Source: an uncultured Pedobacter sp. (GTDB lineage: Bacteria; Bacteroidota; Bacteroidia; Sphingobacteriales; Sphingobacteriaceae). Taken from it: DNA of 64,000 nucleotides. The stretch covers positions 28,152 through 92,151 of the forward strand of contig CBFGOI010000003.1 of NCBI GenBank assembly GCA_965650335.1, read 5' to 3'. The position numbers and the translations under genes are program-made. Positions 45,186-55,058 of the stretch are shown piece after piece; position 1 is the first letter of the stretch; every line of letters starts with the position of its first letter. The notes below the pieces were generated by a model. The model had not been told where the DNA came from. It ran no database searches and saw only the letters and a list, made by a program, of their open reading frames with translations.

Positions 45186-47345
45186 ATGAAAAGATATATT
45201 TCAATTTTGACAGTATTGATTTTGATCAGCCTTGGCTCCTGCAAAGATTTTCTGGAAGAAGAGCAGGTTTCAAGTTTAACTCAACAGTATTTCGAGGACG
45301 AAAGTGGATTGAATTCACTTATTAATGGCCTGTATGTGTATGCGCGGGTAAAGCATGAATGGGACGGCAATGGAACAAAATTAATTGAACCCGAAACAGA
45401 TGCCTACATGCATACCAATCTGGGCTTTGCCCGAATGAGCCCTGAACAGTATGGCTCGGACATAACCGGAATCGCCCCGAATGTAAATAACTACATTGGT
45501 AGTGCAAATGCAGGTTTTGCCCCAATGGGAGCTTATCCTCACATTAATAACTGCAACATTGCTCTGGATGTTATCGATAATATTCGCCCCGGCAAATTCG
45601 GTACCGATGAAAATTTCAGAAAGGCACGCAGAGCAGAAATTCTGTTTCTGAGGTCCTGGGCTTATTATTTAATTTCTAATCAGTTGGGAGATGTTCCTTT
45701 GTTGTTGACCCCGACAAGGGAAGATAGGGGGATCTATTATTATCCAAAAGCAAAACTCGAAGACATTTATAAACAGATAATTTCTGATGTGCGCTATGCA
45801 TACGATAATCTGCCCGGAACAACCGAGCAGGGTCGTGCTTCGAAATGGGCTGCCGGCCATTTTCTTTCGAAGCTGTACCTTAATCGTGCACAGGCAGCAG
45901 GATTTCAAAATAGTGCTGAACTGCATTTGAAAATGCTCTATAAGGGAAATGTGGCCACTGACCTGGATTCGGTGATCACGATTTCAACCGCAGTGATCAA
46001 TGGAATGGGTGGAGTAGCCGGACTTGCACCAGATTACTGGACCTTGTTTGATCCAAAGGTTTCAGAAACCAATCCCCATAAAGAAGTATTATGGTCGGCC
46101 CAGTTTGATATAAATCTTACTTTGAACGGTCGCTTTCAAAACCGCTCAATAAATTATCATATTGGCGATTATACTTCTCAAACAGGAGTAAGCAGGACCA
46201 TGGCCTATGGTCGTCCGTTTGGTACATATAAACCCACCGATTGGGGATACGATAATTTTAGAGATAAAGTAAATGACTCCCGTTATTACAAAACTTTTCA
46301 ATACGAATATATCAGTAATATGCCTCTTTCAACAAGTTCATCCTATACCTGGAGTGCAGCAGCGGCAGCCTGGTGGAATGCAAATAAGCCAGCCGGGGAA
46401 CCGGCAGTAACCGCTGGCAGCAAAAGGATATTAACAGGTCAGCGGGCACTTATTTATCTCGAAAACCAAAAGAACGAAGCGCTGGATTCTGCTATGGTAA
46501 TGAGTATGCCTTTTCAATTCATGGTTCGTTGGATCAAGTCGGCGACTACCGGAAGGTATTATTACAGATTATTTATAGACCAATCATCCATGGGTTTGGC
46601 GACAGGCAGAACAGCACCCTATCTTTCCTCTAAGAAATATATAGATCCTTTAAGAGGAGGCAGCTCTGATGAAGCAAATTTCAACAGTGAAAGCGGTACC
46701 CGGGACGTTATTTTAATGCGCTTAGCAGAAACATATCTGATCCGGGCAGAAGCCTACGGACGAAAAGGCCAGTACGCATTGGCTGTAAGTGATATTAATG
46801 TGCTGCGCCAGAGAGCAGCCTATAAATCGGGTGAAGCTCGTCCTAAGGTTCTGGTGGAATATGAACCCAAGGCAGCTACTTTGGCAGCCAGCGAAAAACA
46901 AGCTCCTTATCCTGCCAGCGGAACTTCTTATGCGGCTATACAGGTTTCGGAAAATTATTTTACACCGGGTACTCCTCAGGCACTGGCCGAAGGTTACATT
47001 CCAACTGTTTCCTCAAAAGCAGATATGTTCATCCACTTTATTTATAATGAAAAAGGACGCGAATTCCTGTCGGAAGGTTTAGCCTGGGAAGATTTACATA
47101 ATGCAGGCATTCTATACGACCGCGTGGTTTACCTCAATCAGATGGCTTCACCGCTCACCGGTTTGTGGCCCGTAGCCTTTAATACACAAAGCGGCAACGG
47201 TCAGAATGGAAACGGGAAAGGACAGATGCAAAAGTATTATACTTTCAGGCCATGGCCTAATGCCTATTTGGTGCAATTAACGGATGCCAATGGAAATGCC
47301 TTGGATGCTTCGGCAAGAGCCGCTTACCAGAATCCGGGTTATTAG
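45186..47345 (+). CDS. susD: SusD/RagB lipoprotein
   Basis: Lipobox LGS-C followed by KDFLEEE, EILFLRSWAY, LGDVPL, RASKWAA, MRLAETYLIRAEA and EKGREFLSEG. Confidence 0.95.
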   Translation: MKRYISILTVLILISLGSCKDFLEEEQVSSLTQQYFEDESGLNSLINGLYVYARVKHEWDGNGTKLIEPETDAYMHTNLGFARMSPEQYGSDITGIAPNVNNYIGSANAGFAPMGAYPHINNCNIALDVIDNIRPGKFGTDENFRKARRAEILFLRSWAYYLISNQLGDVPLLLTPTREDRGIYYYPKAKLEDIYKQIISDVRYAYDNLPGTTEQGRASKWAAGHFLSKLYLNRAQAAGFQNSAELHLKMLYKGNVATDLDSVITISTAVINGMGGVAGLAPDYWTLFDPKVSETNPHKEVLWSAQFDINLTLNGRFQNRSINYHIGDYTSQTGVSRTMAYGRPFGTYKPTDWGYDNFRDKVNDSRYYKTFQYEYISNMPLSTSSSYTWSAAAAAWWNANKPAGEPAVTAGSKRILTGQRALIYLENQKNEALDSAMVMSMPFQFMVRWIKSATTGRYYYRLFIDQSSMGLATGRTAPYLSSKKYIDPLRGGSSDEANFNSESGTRDVILMRLAETYLIRAEAYGRKGQYALAVSDINVLRQRAAYKSGEARPKVLVEYEPKAATLAASEKQAPYPASGTSYAAIQVSENYFTPGTPQALAEGYIPTVSSKADMFIHFIYNEKGREFLSEGLAWEDLHNAGILYDRVVYLNQMASPLTGLWPVAFNTQSGNGQNGNGKGQMQKYYTFRPWPNAYLVQLTDANGNALDASARAAYQNPGY

Positions 47346-47363
47346 CGATATAATCTAGAATTT

Positions 47364-47399
47364 ACAAACATCAACCGTTGCCAAACGGTTGATGTTTGT
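47364..47399 (+). terminator. Intrinsic terminator after susD2
   Basis: Perfect 16-bp stem acaaacatcaaccgtt-gcca-aacggttgatgtttgt followed by gtttt. Confidence 0.82.
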
Positions 47400-48036
47400 G
47401 TTTTAAAAGCTTAGGGAAATTTTCAATTACCTCGATATTATCCATCTGCTTCTGGAAAACCTACTTGGCAAGTCTTCTTTTAACGGTGGGTGTTTCAATT
47501 TAACAGCCTGATAAATTAGAAGATATATCCGTTCTCCGGTTTTTCTTGGCAAGTGCCCACAGTTCTGGGGTTCGCAGAACAGTATTACATTGCTAAAACT
47601 GAAAGGTCTAACACCCTGAGTAACAAATTTGCAGATAAGATATTTCTCTGCTAAAAAAATCAACAATTTTCTATTACAATATTGATAACTAGTTGCTGGT
47701 TTTAGTAAAAAAATGGCATTGTAAATAGATATTGTTAATGAAAAAAATAAGATTATCGCTCTTTTCTTCTGCTAGTATTGAATGCAATCTTGAGATAGCA
47801 GGACACTACAGGTTGCCGCCGCTATTTACTCTCGCTAATTTAGTTCTATTAACCAATGATGAGCCATGGCGATTCATCCTTTATTTTAAACCTTACACAA
47901 AAAAAGTATGATAAAAAATTTACTATTCCTTACTTCTCATGATTATACCTGTACAAAAGCTACCATTAGTTTTTGTTAAAAAAACCATTCAGAGAAGAGC
48001 TAAACCATCAGTAAATACATTTAATAACAATTTTAT

Positions 48037-50244
48037 ATGAAGAGATCGATACATGGCCTATTGTGCTTTTTGTCTGTTACTTTCTTTTTTTCAGCTTGCC
48101 AGAAAAAAGATTGGGATGAGTATTATGGACGACCAGCGAATTTAGCTCCTCCTATTTATCAGCAACTACAGGCTAAAGGAAACTTTACAAATCTGTTAGC
48201 AGTAATAGAGAAAGCAGGCTATAAGGATATTTTAGGTAAGGCTGGCGCCTGGACCTTCTTTGCACCAAATGACGAGGCATTTAAGGTGTATTTTCAGGAA
48301 AAGGGAATTTCCGGTGTAGACGGCATTGATCTGGAAACGGCTCGCAAAATTTCCACCTATGGTCTTGTTTATAATCCATACCGGAAAGATCAGTTAAGTT
48401 CAAGCCAAACATCAGCAGGCTTGGTTCCTGACGTGTCGTTCAGAAGACAAACCGCATATTATGATTTTGTTTATTCTGAAAACGGAAAGAAAGTGTTTAG
48501 TAATGGCTTAAACAGTAGTCAGTATATAGCTACAGTAGATAATAATAAATATATCCCATATTTCGTCACTAAGTTTGTTGACAACAATGGTCTAACGGAA
48601 GCCGACTATAAAGCCTTTTATCCTTCGAATACCTATACCGGCTTTAATGTTGCTAATGCAACAGTTGTTAACGCGGATATTCCCGCCGAAAACGGAATCA
48701 TTCATGAGGTGGATAAAGTTTTGCTTCCCTTGCCTAATGTTGATCAATATTTAGCTTCCAAGCCAGATAAATACAGCAAATTTAAGGCTCTTCTCGATAA
48801 AAAATCTTTATATGTTTCCAATGCCGTATTAACAAACCGGTATAAAGTGTTAACAGGTTCAACAGACTCTGTGTATGTTAAATCCTATGATCCCAATCTC
48901 GCATTCTCGCCTGTTAATGAAAATTACCTGGCTGTTTCTACCGATGGACAAACCCAGGAATGGTCAATAGCTGTTCCGACAGATGATGTTCTAGATACTT
49001 ATACAAGTAAGATTTTAAAATATTACGGAACCTTCGATAATGCCCCTCCTTCCGTTTTACTCAATTTCATAAACTCACACATGTGGCGTAATGTAGTATG
49101 GCCCTCTAAGCTCACCACAGAAGTGAATTCACAGCAAGAAGTGGTTACGTTTACCAATGCTGATGTTGTTGAGAGTAAGCAACTAAGTAATGCCAATTTT
49201 TACGGCATTAATAAAGTGCAGGAAGCAAATGTATTCAGAACAATCTTTGCAGGCGCTTATTTAAACCCTTCTTATGCTTTAATGACGAGAGCGATAGCAA
49301 ACTCAGATATGCAGTTTAATGTGTTAACTCCTGCTTTAAAGCAAACTATGTTTTTGACTTCCGATGTTACACTTCGTGCAGCTGGGTATAATTATTACGA
49401 CGATGTGAATTCATGGGGCTATACAGCTCCTGGCGCATCAACAGATTATACAACAAACGCACTGGCAAGGATAAATCGACTGGTTCAAAATATGGTTGTA
49501 ACCACTCCTTTTAATGAGTTCAACAGTCTTTCTGGAAATTCAATAGCCGAAGCTTTTAACAGGGAGTATATCAAGAAAATTGGAGATAAACTGTATGCAA
49601 GTGGAAATGTGGAAGCTAACACATCTGTGACGATGACCGGCGAATACGAAGATTATTATAACGGGCGTGCTTATTTTACAACTGGAGTATTAACCTTTGC
49701 TACGGATAACTTCAACTTAGGCGCAGCTCTGAGCCGTCTGGCTACTTCCACAGATTTAAACGTTAAAAATAGATATAGTCTGTTCTTCGATTATTTAAAG
49801 AACTCGAGCCTCTGGACTGCTACCGGTACTTTAATTACTGGAGTAGATGTTGGTGCATTTTATACTTTGTTAGTGCCCACGAATGCAGCGATCCAACAAG
49901 CTGTGTTAGAAGGCAGATTGCCGGCAAATGTATTATCATCGGCGCAAACTGCTGCGCAGCGCCAAGCCGTTGAAAAGTTTATACAGTATTCTATTATTGA
50001 TAAAAACACCATAGCTGTTGATGGAAAGAAAGCGAGTAAATACGCTACGCTTCTTAAAAATGCTGTAGGCGACTCGCGGTTATTAACGGTAAGGTATGCT
50101 CCCGGCGATAATCCTGACCCCGCCACTATGGAAATAGTTGACGATACAGCCACGCCTAACATAGCAAAACCTAGTGTTGCGTATAGTAATAACTTATGCA
50201 ACAGGGCACTTATTCATTCTATAGACAAAGTTTTAAAATTTTAA
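48037..50244 (+). CDS. Multi-fasciclin (FAS1) domain surface lipoprotein
   Basis: Lipobox FSA-C followed by QKKDWDE. FAS1 motifs WTFFAPNDEAF...NGIIHEVDKVL, WSIAVPTDDVL, TMFLTSDVTL and YTLLVPTNAAI...LIHSIDKVL. Confidence 0.85.
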   Translation: MKRSIHGLLCFLSVTFFFSACQKKDWDEYYGRPANLAPPIYQQLQAKGNFTNLLAVIEKAGYKDILGKAGAWTFFAPNDEAFKVYFQEKGISGVDGIDLETARKISTYGLVYNPYRKDQLSSSQTSAGLVPDVSFRRQTAYYDFVYSENGKKVFSNGLNSSQYIATVDNNKYIPYFVTKFVDNNGLTEADYKAFYPSNTYTGFNVANATVVNADIPAENGIIHEVDKVLLPLPNVDQYLASKPDKYSKFKALLDKKSLYVSNAVLTNRYKVLTGSTDSVYVKSYDPNLAFSPVNENYLAVSTDGQTQEWSIAVPTDDVLDTYTSKILKYYGTFDNAPPSVLLNFINSHMWRNVVWPSKLTTEVNSQQEVVTFTNADVVESKQLSNANFYGINKVQEANVFRTIFAGAYLNPSYALMTRAIANSDMQFNVLTPALKQTMFLTSDVTLRAAGYNYYDDVNSWGYTAPGASTDYTTNALARINRLVQNMVVTTPFNEFNSLSGNSIAEAFNREYIKKIGDKLYASGNVEANTSVTMTGEYEDYYNGRAYFTTGVLTFATDNFNLGAALSRLATSTDLNVKNRYSLFFDYLKNSSLWTATGTLITGVDVGAFYTLLVPTNAAIQQAVLEGRLPANVLSSAQTAAQRQAVEKFIQYSIIDKNTIAVDGKKASKYATLLKNAVGDSRLLTVRYAPGDNPDPATMEIVDDTATPNIAKPSVAYSNNLCNRALIHSIDKVLKF

Positions 50245-50254
50245 AGAAAACAAG

Positions 50255-53200
50255 ATGAAGATATTTTTTAAAATATTGTGGTGTTTGGTTTTTCTATCCG
50301 CATTATTTAATCTGTCGGATGTTAGTGCACAAGGTACGCAGAGGATCGTAATACGTGGAACCGTAATCGATGCTAAAGACAAACTTGCTGTAATTGGTGC
50401 ATCCGTCGTTGAGTTGGATAAAGATCGACGAATCATTAGAGGGGTTACAACCGATATCGACGGAAATTTCGCTTTACCGGTGTCAGATCCCAAAAACACG
50501 CTTCAGGTATCCTATCTGGGTTATAAAACCTATTCCCAGCCTATAAACGGTCGTACCACAATCAACGTTTCACTTTCTTCAACTTCAAATGAACTGGAGA
50601 GCGTGGTTGTTACAGGTTCCAGACCAGTAAATAATGGTACGGGATTGAATATCGAATCCAGGAATTCAACCATGGCAACTACCACCATAAATGCAAAAGA
50701 TTTGGAAGAGCTTTCTGCAGCTTCTATCGATCAGGCATTGCAGGGGCGTATGCCAGGGGTAGATATCGGCGCCACTTCAGGGGACCCCGGAGCAGGAATG
50801 TCCATTCGTATACGTGGTACTTCATCTATCAATGGATCTTCACAGCCATTGATAGTTTTGGATGGTATGCCGTATGAAACAGAAATTCCTTCTGATTTCA
50901 ATTTCGGTACGGCAGATGAGCAGGGTTATGCACAACTGCTAAATATCGCACCTACAGATATCAGGGATATAACTGTCTTAAAAGATGCGGCTTCAACTGC
51001 TGTATGGGGTGCACGTGCAGCGAATGGCGTGTTAGTAATCAATACCAAACGTGGCGTAGTAAGTAAACCTACTTTTGCATATAATTTAAGAGGAACTTTA
51101 TCCAGGCAGCCAGAAAATATTCCTTTGCTCAGTGGCGATCAGTTTTCAAACTTAATTCCGGAGGCGATTAACAATGTTGGTAAGCTGCCTCTTAACATCG
51201 CAGGAAATCAAGAGTTTCTGTATGATCCGATGACACCTCTAGCTTATTATAATTACAATAATAATAGCGACTGGGTAGGAGCTATTACTCAGCTTGGGTA
51301 TACACAAGATCACAATATTTCAATGCAAGGGGGAGGAGATAAAGCCCGTTATTATGCATCTTTTGGTTACTTAAATTCAACCGGTACAACCGTAGGCACG
51401 GATTTAAATCGTATTACCACCAAGATAAATCTCGATTATAACGTTTCCAACCGAATACGTTTCCGTTCAGACTTTACCTATACCAATGTTAGAAATTCGT
51501 TAAATTATTCCGGATCTCTGAGAGGTATCGCATATAAAAAAATGCCAAATATGGCCATCAATCGATACGATGAGTATGGAAATGAAACACCGAATTACTT
51601 TTCACCGGCTTCCAATATACAAGGATATTACAGAGGGTTGAATTCGAGAGGCGATATTCAAGGTACGTTGAATCCACTTGCAATGGCGGAGGAAGCCAGC
51701 AGCCGCCTTTATGGAGAACGGATCACACCTAAATTTAATTTGCAGTATGATATTCTGCCCAAAATATTGCTGTCTACTTTTGATTTGCAATTTGATATAA
51801 ATAATACAAAATCAAAGCGCTTCCTGCCCCAAACTGCAACCGGGCGACCTGCTACCGAAACCACTGTGAACCGGGCGGATGATAATGACGGAGATGCTTT
51901 TGCAGTTGATACCAAACTAAATTTCATCTTCACGCCTGAAATTGGCGAAAAACATTCTTTACAGACCCTGCTTTCTTTCCAAACGAATGACAATAAAGGA
52001 TTAAGTCAAAATATTACAACATCAAATACAGCTTCTTCTTTTTTACAGGATCCATCTAATCAGGGAAGAACTCAAAATGGTGATCTGGTTTTAAAATCAA
52101 CTTTTGGCCAGCAACGGAGTTTTGGTGTAGTACTTACTAACCAATACTCTTTATCAGACAAATACATAATTAACGTCGGCGCCCGTCTTGACGGGAATTC
52201 AAGATTCGGTGCAAATAACAGATACGGTATATTCCCGTCGCTTTCCACCCGGTGGCGCTTATCTGGAGAACCTTTTATGAAGAAGTTTAGCTGGATAGAT
52301 GATTTAAGTCTTCGTGCCAGTTATGGGCAAAGCGGACAGCAACCCAGATATAATTACACCTTTTATAATACATATAATCCAGTTAATACAACCTATTTGG
52401 GACTGTCAGGTGTTGTTCCCGGAAATATTGGTTTGGATAACTTAAAATGGCAGACGAATATTGGAAGGAACGTGGGTCTTAACTTCTGGACCTTCAAGAA
52501 CAGATTCAAAGTAGATGTTGAACTTTATAGTAACAGAGTTAAAGATCTTTTCTTCGACGATCTTCAGATTCCTAATTACACAGGGTATACCAAGTTGTCG
52601 GTTAACATTGGCTCAATGATTAACAAAGGATTTGAGATTGGTATTAATACTATTCCGTACCGCGCTAAAAATCTGACTGTGGGTTTTGACTTTAACCTTG
52701 CTCAAAATCTAAACGTGGTTGAAAAAGTTTCCGAGTATTATCCACGAAATGATGGTAAGGTAATTGGTAATGGTGTTTATCGCTCTTATTTGCAGGAAGG
52801 CAATCCGTTCGGATCTTTTTACGGATTTAAATACAAAGGGGTATATAAAGACCTTGATCAAACGGTAGCGAAGGACTCAAACGGTGAGCAAATTATTGGC
52901 CCTAACGGACAAATTGTTTACATGCGTTATGGTTATCCAACAACTGATTATACTTTCCAGCCCGGTGATGCAATCTATGAAGATATTAATCATGATGGTA
53001 ATATCAACGAAGATGATATTGTATATCTGGGAAATGGAAATGCCAAGGTTACTGGTGGTTTTGGCCCTTCGGTTACGTTTAAAGGAAATCTAAAACTACA
53101 GGCATTTTTCAACTTCAAATATGGTTACGAGTTAATAAATCAAACTCTGATGAATACAACCAATATGTATAATTTCGATAATCAAAGTACGATTGTTTTA

Positions 53201-53545
53201 AGAAGATGGAGAAATCCTGGCGATGAAACTGATGTTCCAAGGGCCTTATATAATGCCGGATACAACTGGTTAGGATCAGACAGATATGTGTCAGATGCAT
53301 CTTTTATAAGGCTGAGGTCTGTTACAGCCCGGTACAATCTTAATAAAGCTTTAACAAACCGGTTGAAAGTTAAGAATGCAAGCATTTTTGTTACAGGGGA
53401 GAACCTGGCAACATGGACAAAATATAAAGGGGTGAATCCTGATGTATCGCTTCGTGGAGACAATAGTCCTTTCAAATATGCCGTAGATGACGCAATGACA
53501 CCGCCGTCAAAAAATATTTTGATGGGCTTATCTGTTGGATTTTAA
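50255..53545 (+). CDS. susC: SusC/RagA TonB-dependent receptor
   Basis: Signal peptide, CarboxypepD-like domain, LESVVVTG, PLIVLDGMP and LKDAASTAVWGARAANGVLVINTKRG. Confidence 0.96.
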   Translation: MKIFFKILWCLVFLSALFNLSDVSAQGTQRIVIRGTVIDAKDKLAVIGASVVELDKDRRIIRGVTTDIDGNFALPVSDPKNTLQVSYLGYKTYSQPINGRTTINVSLSSTSNELESVVVTGSRPVNNGTGLNIESRNSTMATTTINAKDLEELSAASIDQALQGRMPGVDIGATSGDPGAGMSIRIRGTSSINGSSQPLIVLDGMPYETEIPSDFNFGTADEQGYAQLLNIAPTDIRDITVLKDAASTAVWGARAANGVLVINTKRGVVSKPTFAYNLRGTLSRQPENIPLLSGDQFSNLIPEAINNVGKLPLNIAGNQEFLYDPMTPLAYYNYNNNSDWVGAITQLGYTQDHNISMQGGGDKARYYASFGYLNSTGTTVGTDLNRITTKINLDYNVSNRIRFRSDFTYTNVRNSLNYSGSLRGIAYKKMPNMAINRYDEYGNETPNYFSPASNIQGYYRGLNSRGDIQGTLNPLAMAEEASSRLYGERITPKFNLQYDILPKILLSTFDLQFDINNTKSKRFLPQTATGRPATETTVNRADDNDGDAFAVDTKLNFIFTPEIGEKHSLQTLLSFQTNDNKGLSQNITTSNTASSFLQDPSNQGRTQNGDLVLKSTFGQQRSFGVVLTNQYSLSDKYIINVGARLDGNSRFGANNRYGIFPSLSTRWRLSGEPFMKKFSWIDDLSLRASYGQSGQQPRYNYTFYNTYNPVNTTYLGLSGVVPGNIGLDNLKWQTNIGRNVGLNFWTFKNRFKVDVELYSNRVKDLFFDDLQIPNYTGYTKLSVNIGSMINKGFEIGINTIPYRAKNLTVGFDFNLAQNLNVVEKVSEYYPRNDGKVIGNGVYRSYLQEGNPFGSFYGFKYKGVYKDLDQTVAKDSNGEQIIGPNGQIVYMRYGYPTTDYTFQPGDAIYEDINHDGNINEDDIVYLGNGNAKVTGGFGPSVTFKGNLKLQAFFNFKYGYELINQTLMNTTNMYNFDNQSTIVLRRWRNPGDETDVPRALYNAGYNWLGSDRYVSDASFIRLRSVTARYNLNKALTNRLKVKNASIFVTGENLATWTKYKGVNPDVSLRGDNSPFKYAVDDAMTPPSKNILMGLSVGF

Positions 53546-53561
53546 ATAAAAATTAGAGAAA

Positions 53562-55049
53562 ATGATTAAGAATTTAAAATATACACTTCTAATAGTAGTA
53601 TTAACTCTAACAGCGTCCTCTTGTAACAAGTGGTTAGAATTAAAGCCTCAGGACGGAATAGTAAGAGAAGATTTCTGGAAGACCAAAGAGCAGTTACAAT
53701 CTGCAGTAATAGGGTGTTACACAGCATTGCTGAATCCAACTTTAGTTCAAAATATGTTCATCTGGGGCGAATTAAGAGCCGATATGGTAACCACACATGG
53801 TTCCAGCTCGTTTGCCAACGCTAATGAGGTAGATTTTAATGATGCTGAAATTTTGTCTACCAACCCTCTGGTAAATTGGTCGAATCTTTATACTGTAATA
53901 AATTATTGTAATACAGTAATCGATTATGGCCCGGGGGTAAAGGAAAATGATGAAACTCTAACCGAGCAGAAGTTGAATGCCTATTTAGCAGAGGCAAAAG
54001 CTATCAGAGCATGGATGTACTTTTACCTTCTTAGAACCTGGGGTGAAGTGCCGTTGCAGTTAAAAGCCAGTTCGAGTGATTCCAGAATAGAGCAATTGCC
54101 TAAAAGCTCTCAGGAGGAGATCTATAATCAAATCGTTGAAGATTTGAACTTTGCCGCAGTTAATGCGGTAAGCACTTTTGGAGATAGAAATTCTGATAAG
54201 GGAAGAATTACCCGATATTCTGTTTATGCGCTACAGGCTGATGTTTATCTATGGATGAATAAGTATGAGGAATGTATAGCGGCTTGCGAGAAAATACGTA
54301 CATCGAATCGTTTTGGCTTAATAAGGGATGCTTCACAGTACTATAATAGCGTGTTTGTACAGGGAAACTCCAATGAGGGAATTTTTGAGATTCAATTCGA
54401 CAGTCAGGCTCTAAACCCCTGGTTCAATAGTCTGGCGAGCTCTGGTTTGAAATTTAAGGCATCAGAAATTGTACCGGAATTATATGGTTTCAACCCGGAT
54501 CCAAGCAGTTTTGAGAGAGATATAAGGGGCGAAAATGCAGCTTATCGTGCTGACTTAATTATTTGGAAGCATGTTGGAACAAGCGATATCGCTACAACAG
54601 TTACTGCAACAACTTCTGTCCGAAATTGGATTGTTTACCGATATGCAGACATCGAGTTAATGGAGGCAGAAGCTTTGGTTTGGAGTGACAGACCTAATAA
54701 ATTAGCTGACGCACTGACTCTCATCAACGACGTGAGGGGAAGAGCCCGGGCTTTGATAACAACAGAGGAAGGTCCAACCGACGCCCAGGGGATGTCTGAC
54801 TATATTCTGAGAGAAAGAGCTCGCGAATTTGCCTTTGAAGGAAAGAGGTGGTACGATTTATTGCGCCATAGTAAACGTGAGGGCCGTACCGAGTTAATTA
54901 TCGATGCAGTTTCTAAAGTGGCAGTGTTAGACAAACAGCAGTCCATTATAAATAAATTAAAAGATCCGAGAAGTCATTATTTACCAATAGCCTTTTCTGA
55001 ATTACAGGCGGATAAACTGCTGGTACAAAACCCATTCTATAAAAACTAA
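53562..55049 (+). CDS. susD: SusD/RagB lipoprotein
   Basis: Lipobox ASS-C, GELRADM, EAKAIRAWMYFYL, WGEVPL, YRYADIELMEAEA and ERAREFAFEGKRWYDLLR. Confidence 0.95.
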   Translation: MIKNLKYTLLIVVLTLTASSCNKWLELKPQDGIVREDFWKTKEQLQSAVIGCYTALLNPTLVQNMFIWGELRADMVTTHGSSSFANANEVDFNDAEILSTNPLVNWSNLYTVINYCNTVIDYGPGVKENDETLTEQKLNAYLAEAKAIRAWMYFYLLRTWGEVPLQLKASSSDSRIEQLPKSSQEEIYNQIVEDLNFAAVNAVSTFGDRNSDKGRITRYSVYALQADVYLWMNKYEECIAACEKIRTSNRFGLIRDASQYYNSVFVQGNSNEGIFEIQFDSQALNPWFNSLASSGLKFKASEIVPELYGFNPDPSSFERDIRGENAAYRADLIIWKHVGTSDIATTVTATTSVRNWIVYRYADIELMEAEALVWSDRPNKLADALTLINDVRGRARALITTEEGPTDAQGMSDYILRERAREFAFEGKRWYDLLRHSKREGRTELIIDAVSKVAVLDKQQSIINKLKDPRSHYLPIAFSELQADKLLVQNPFYKN

Positions 55050-55058
55050 TCTAAGGAT

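Noticed and set aside
47427-47666. 79-aa minus-strand ORF
   Set aside because: TTG start and no motif; cannot be distinguished from a chance ORF or decayed gene.
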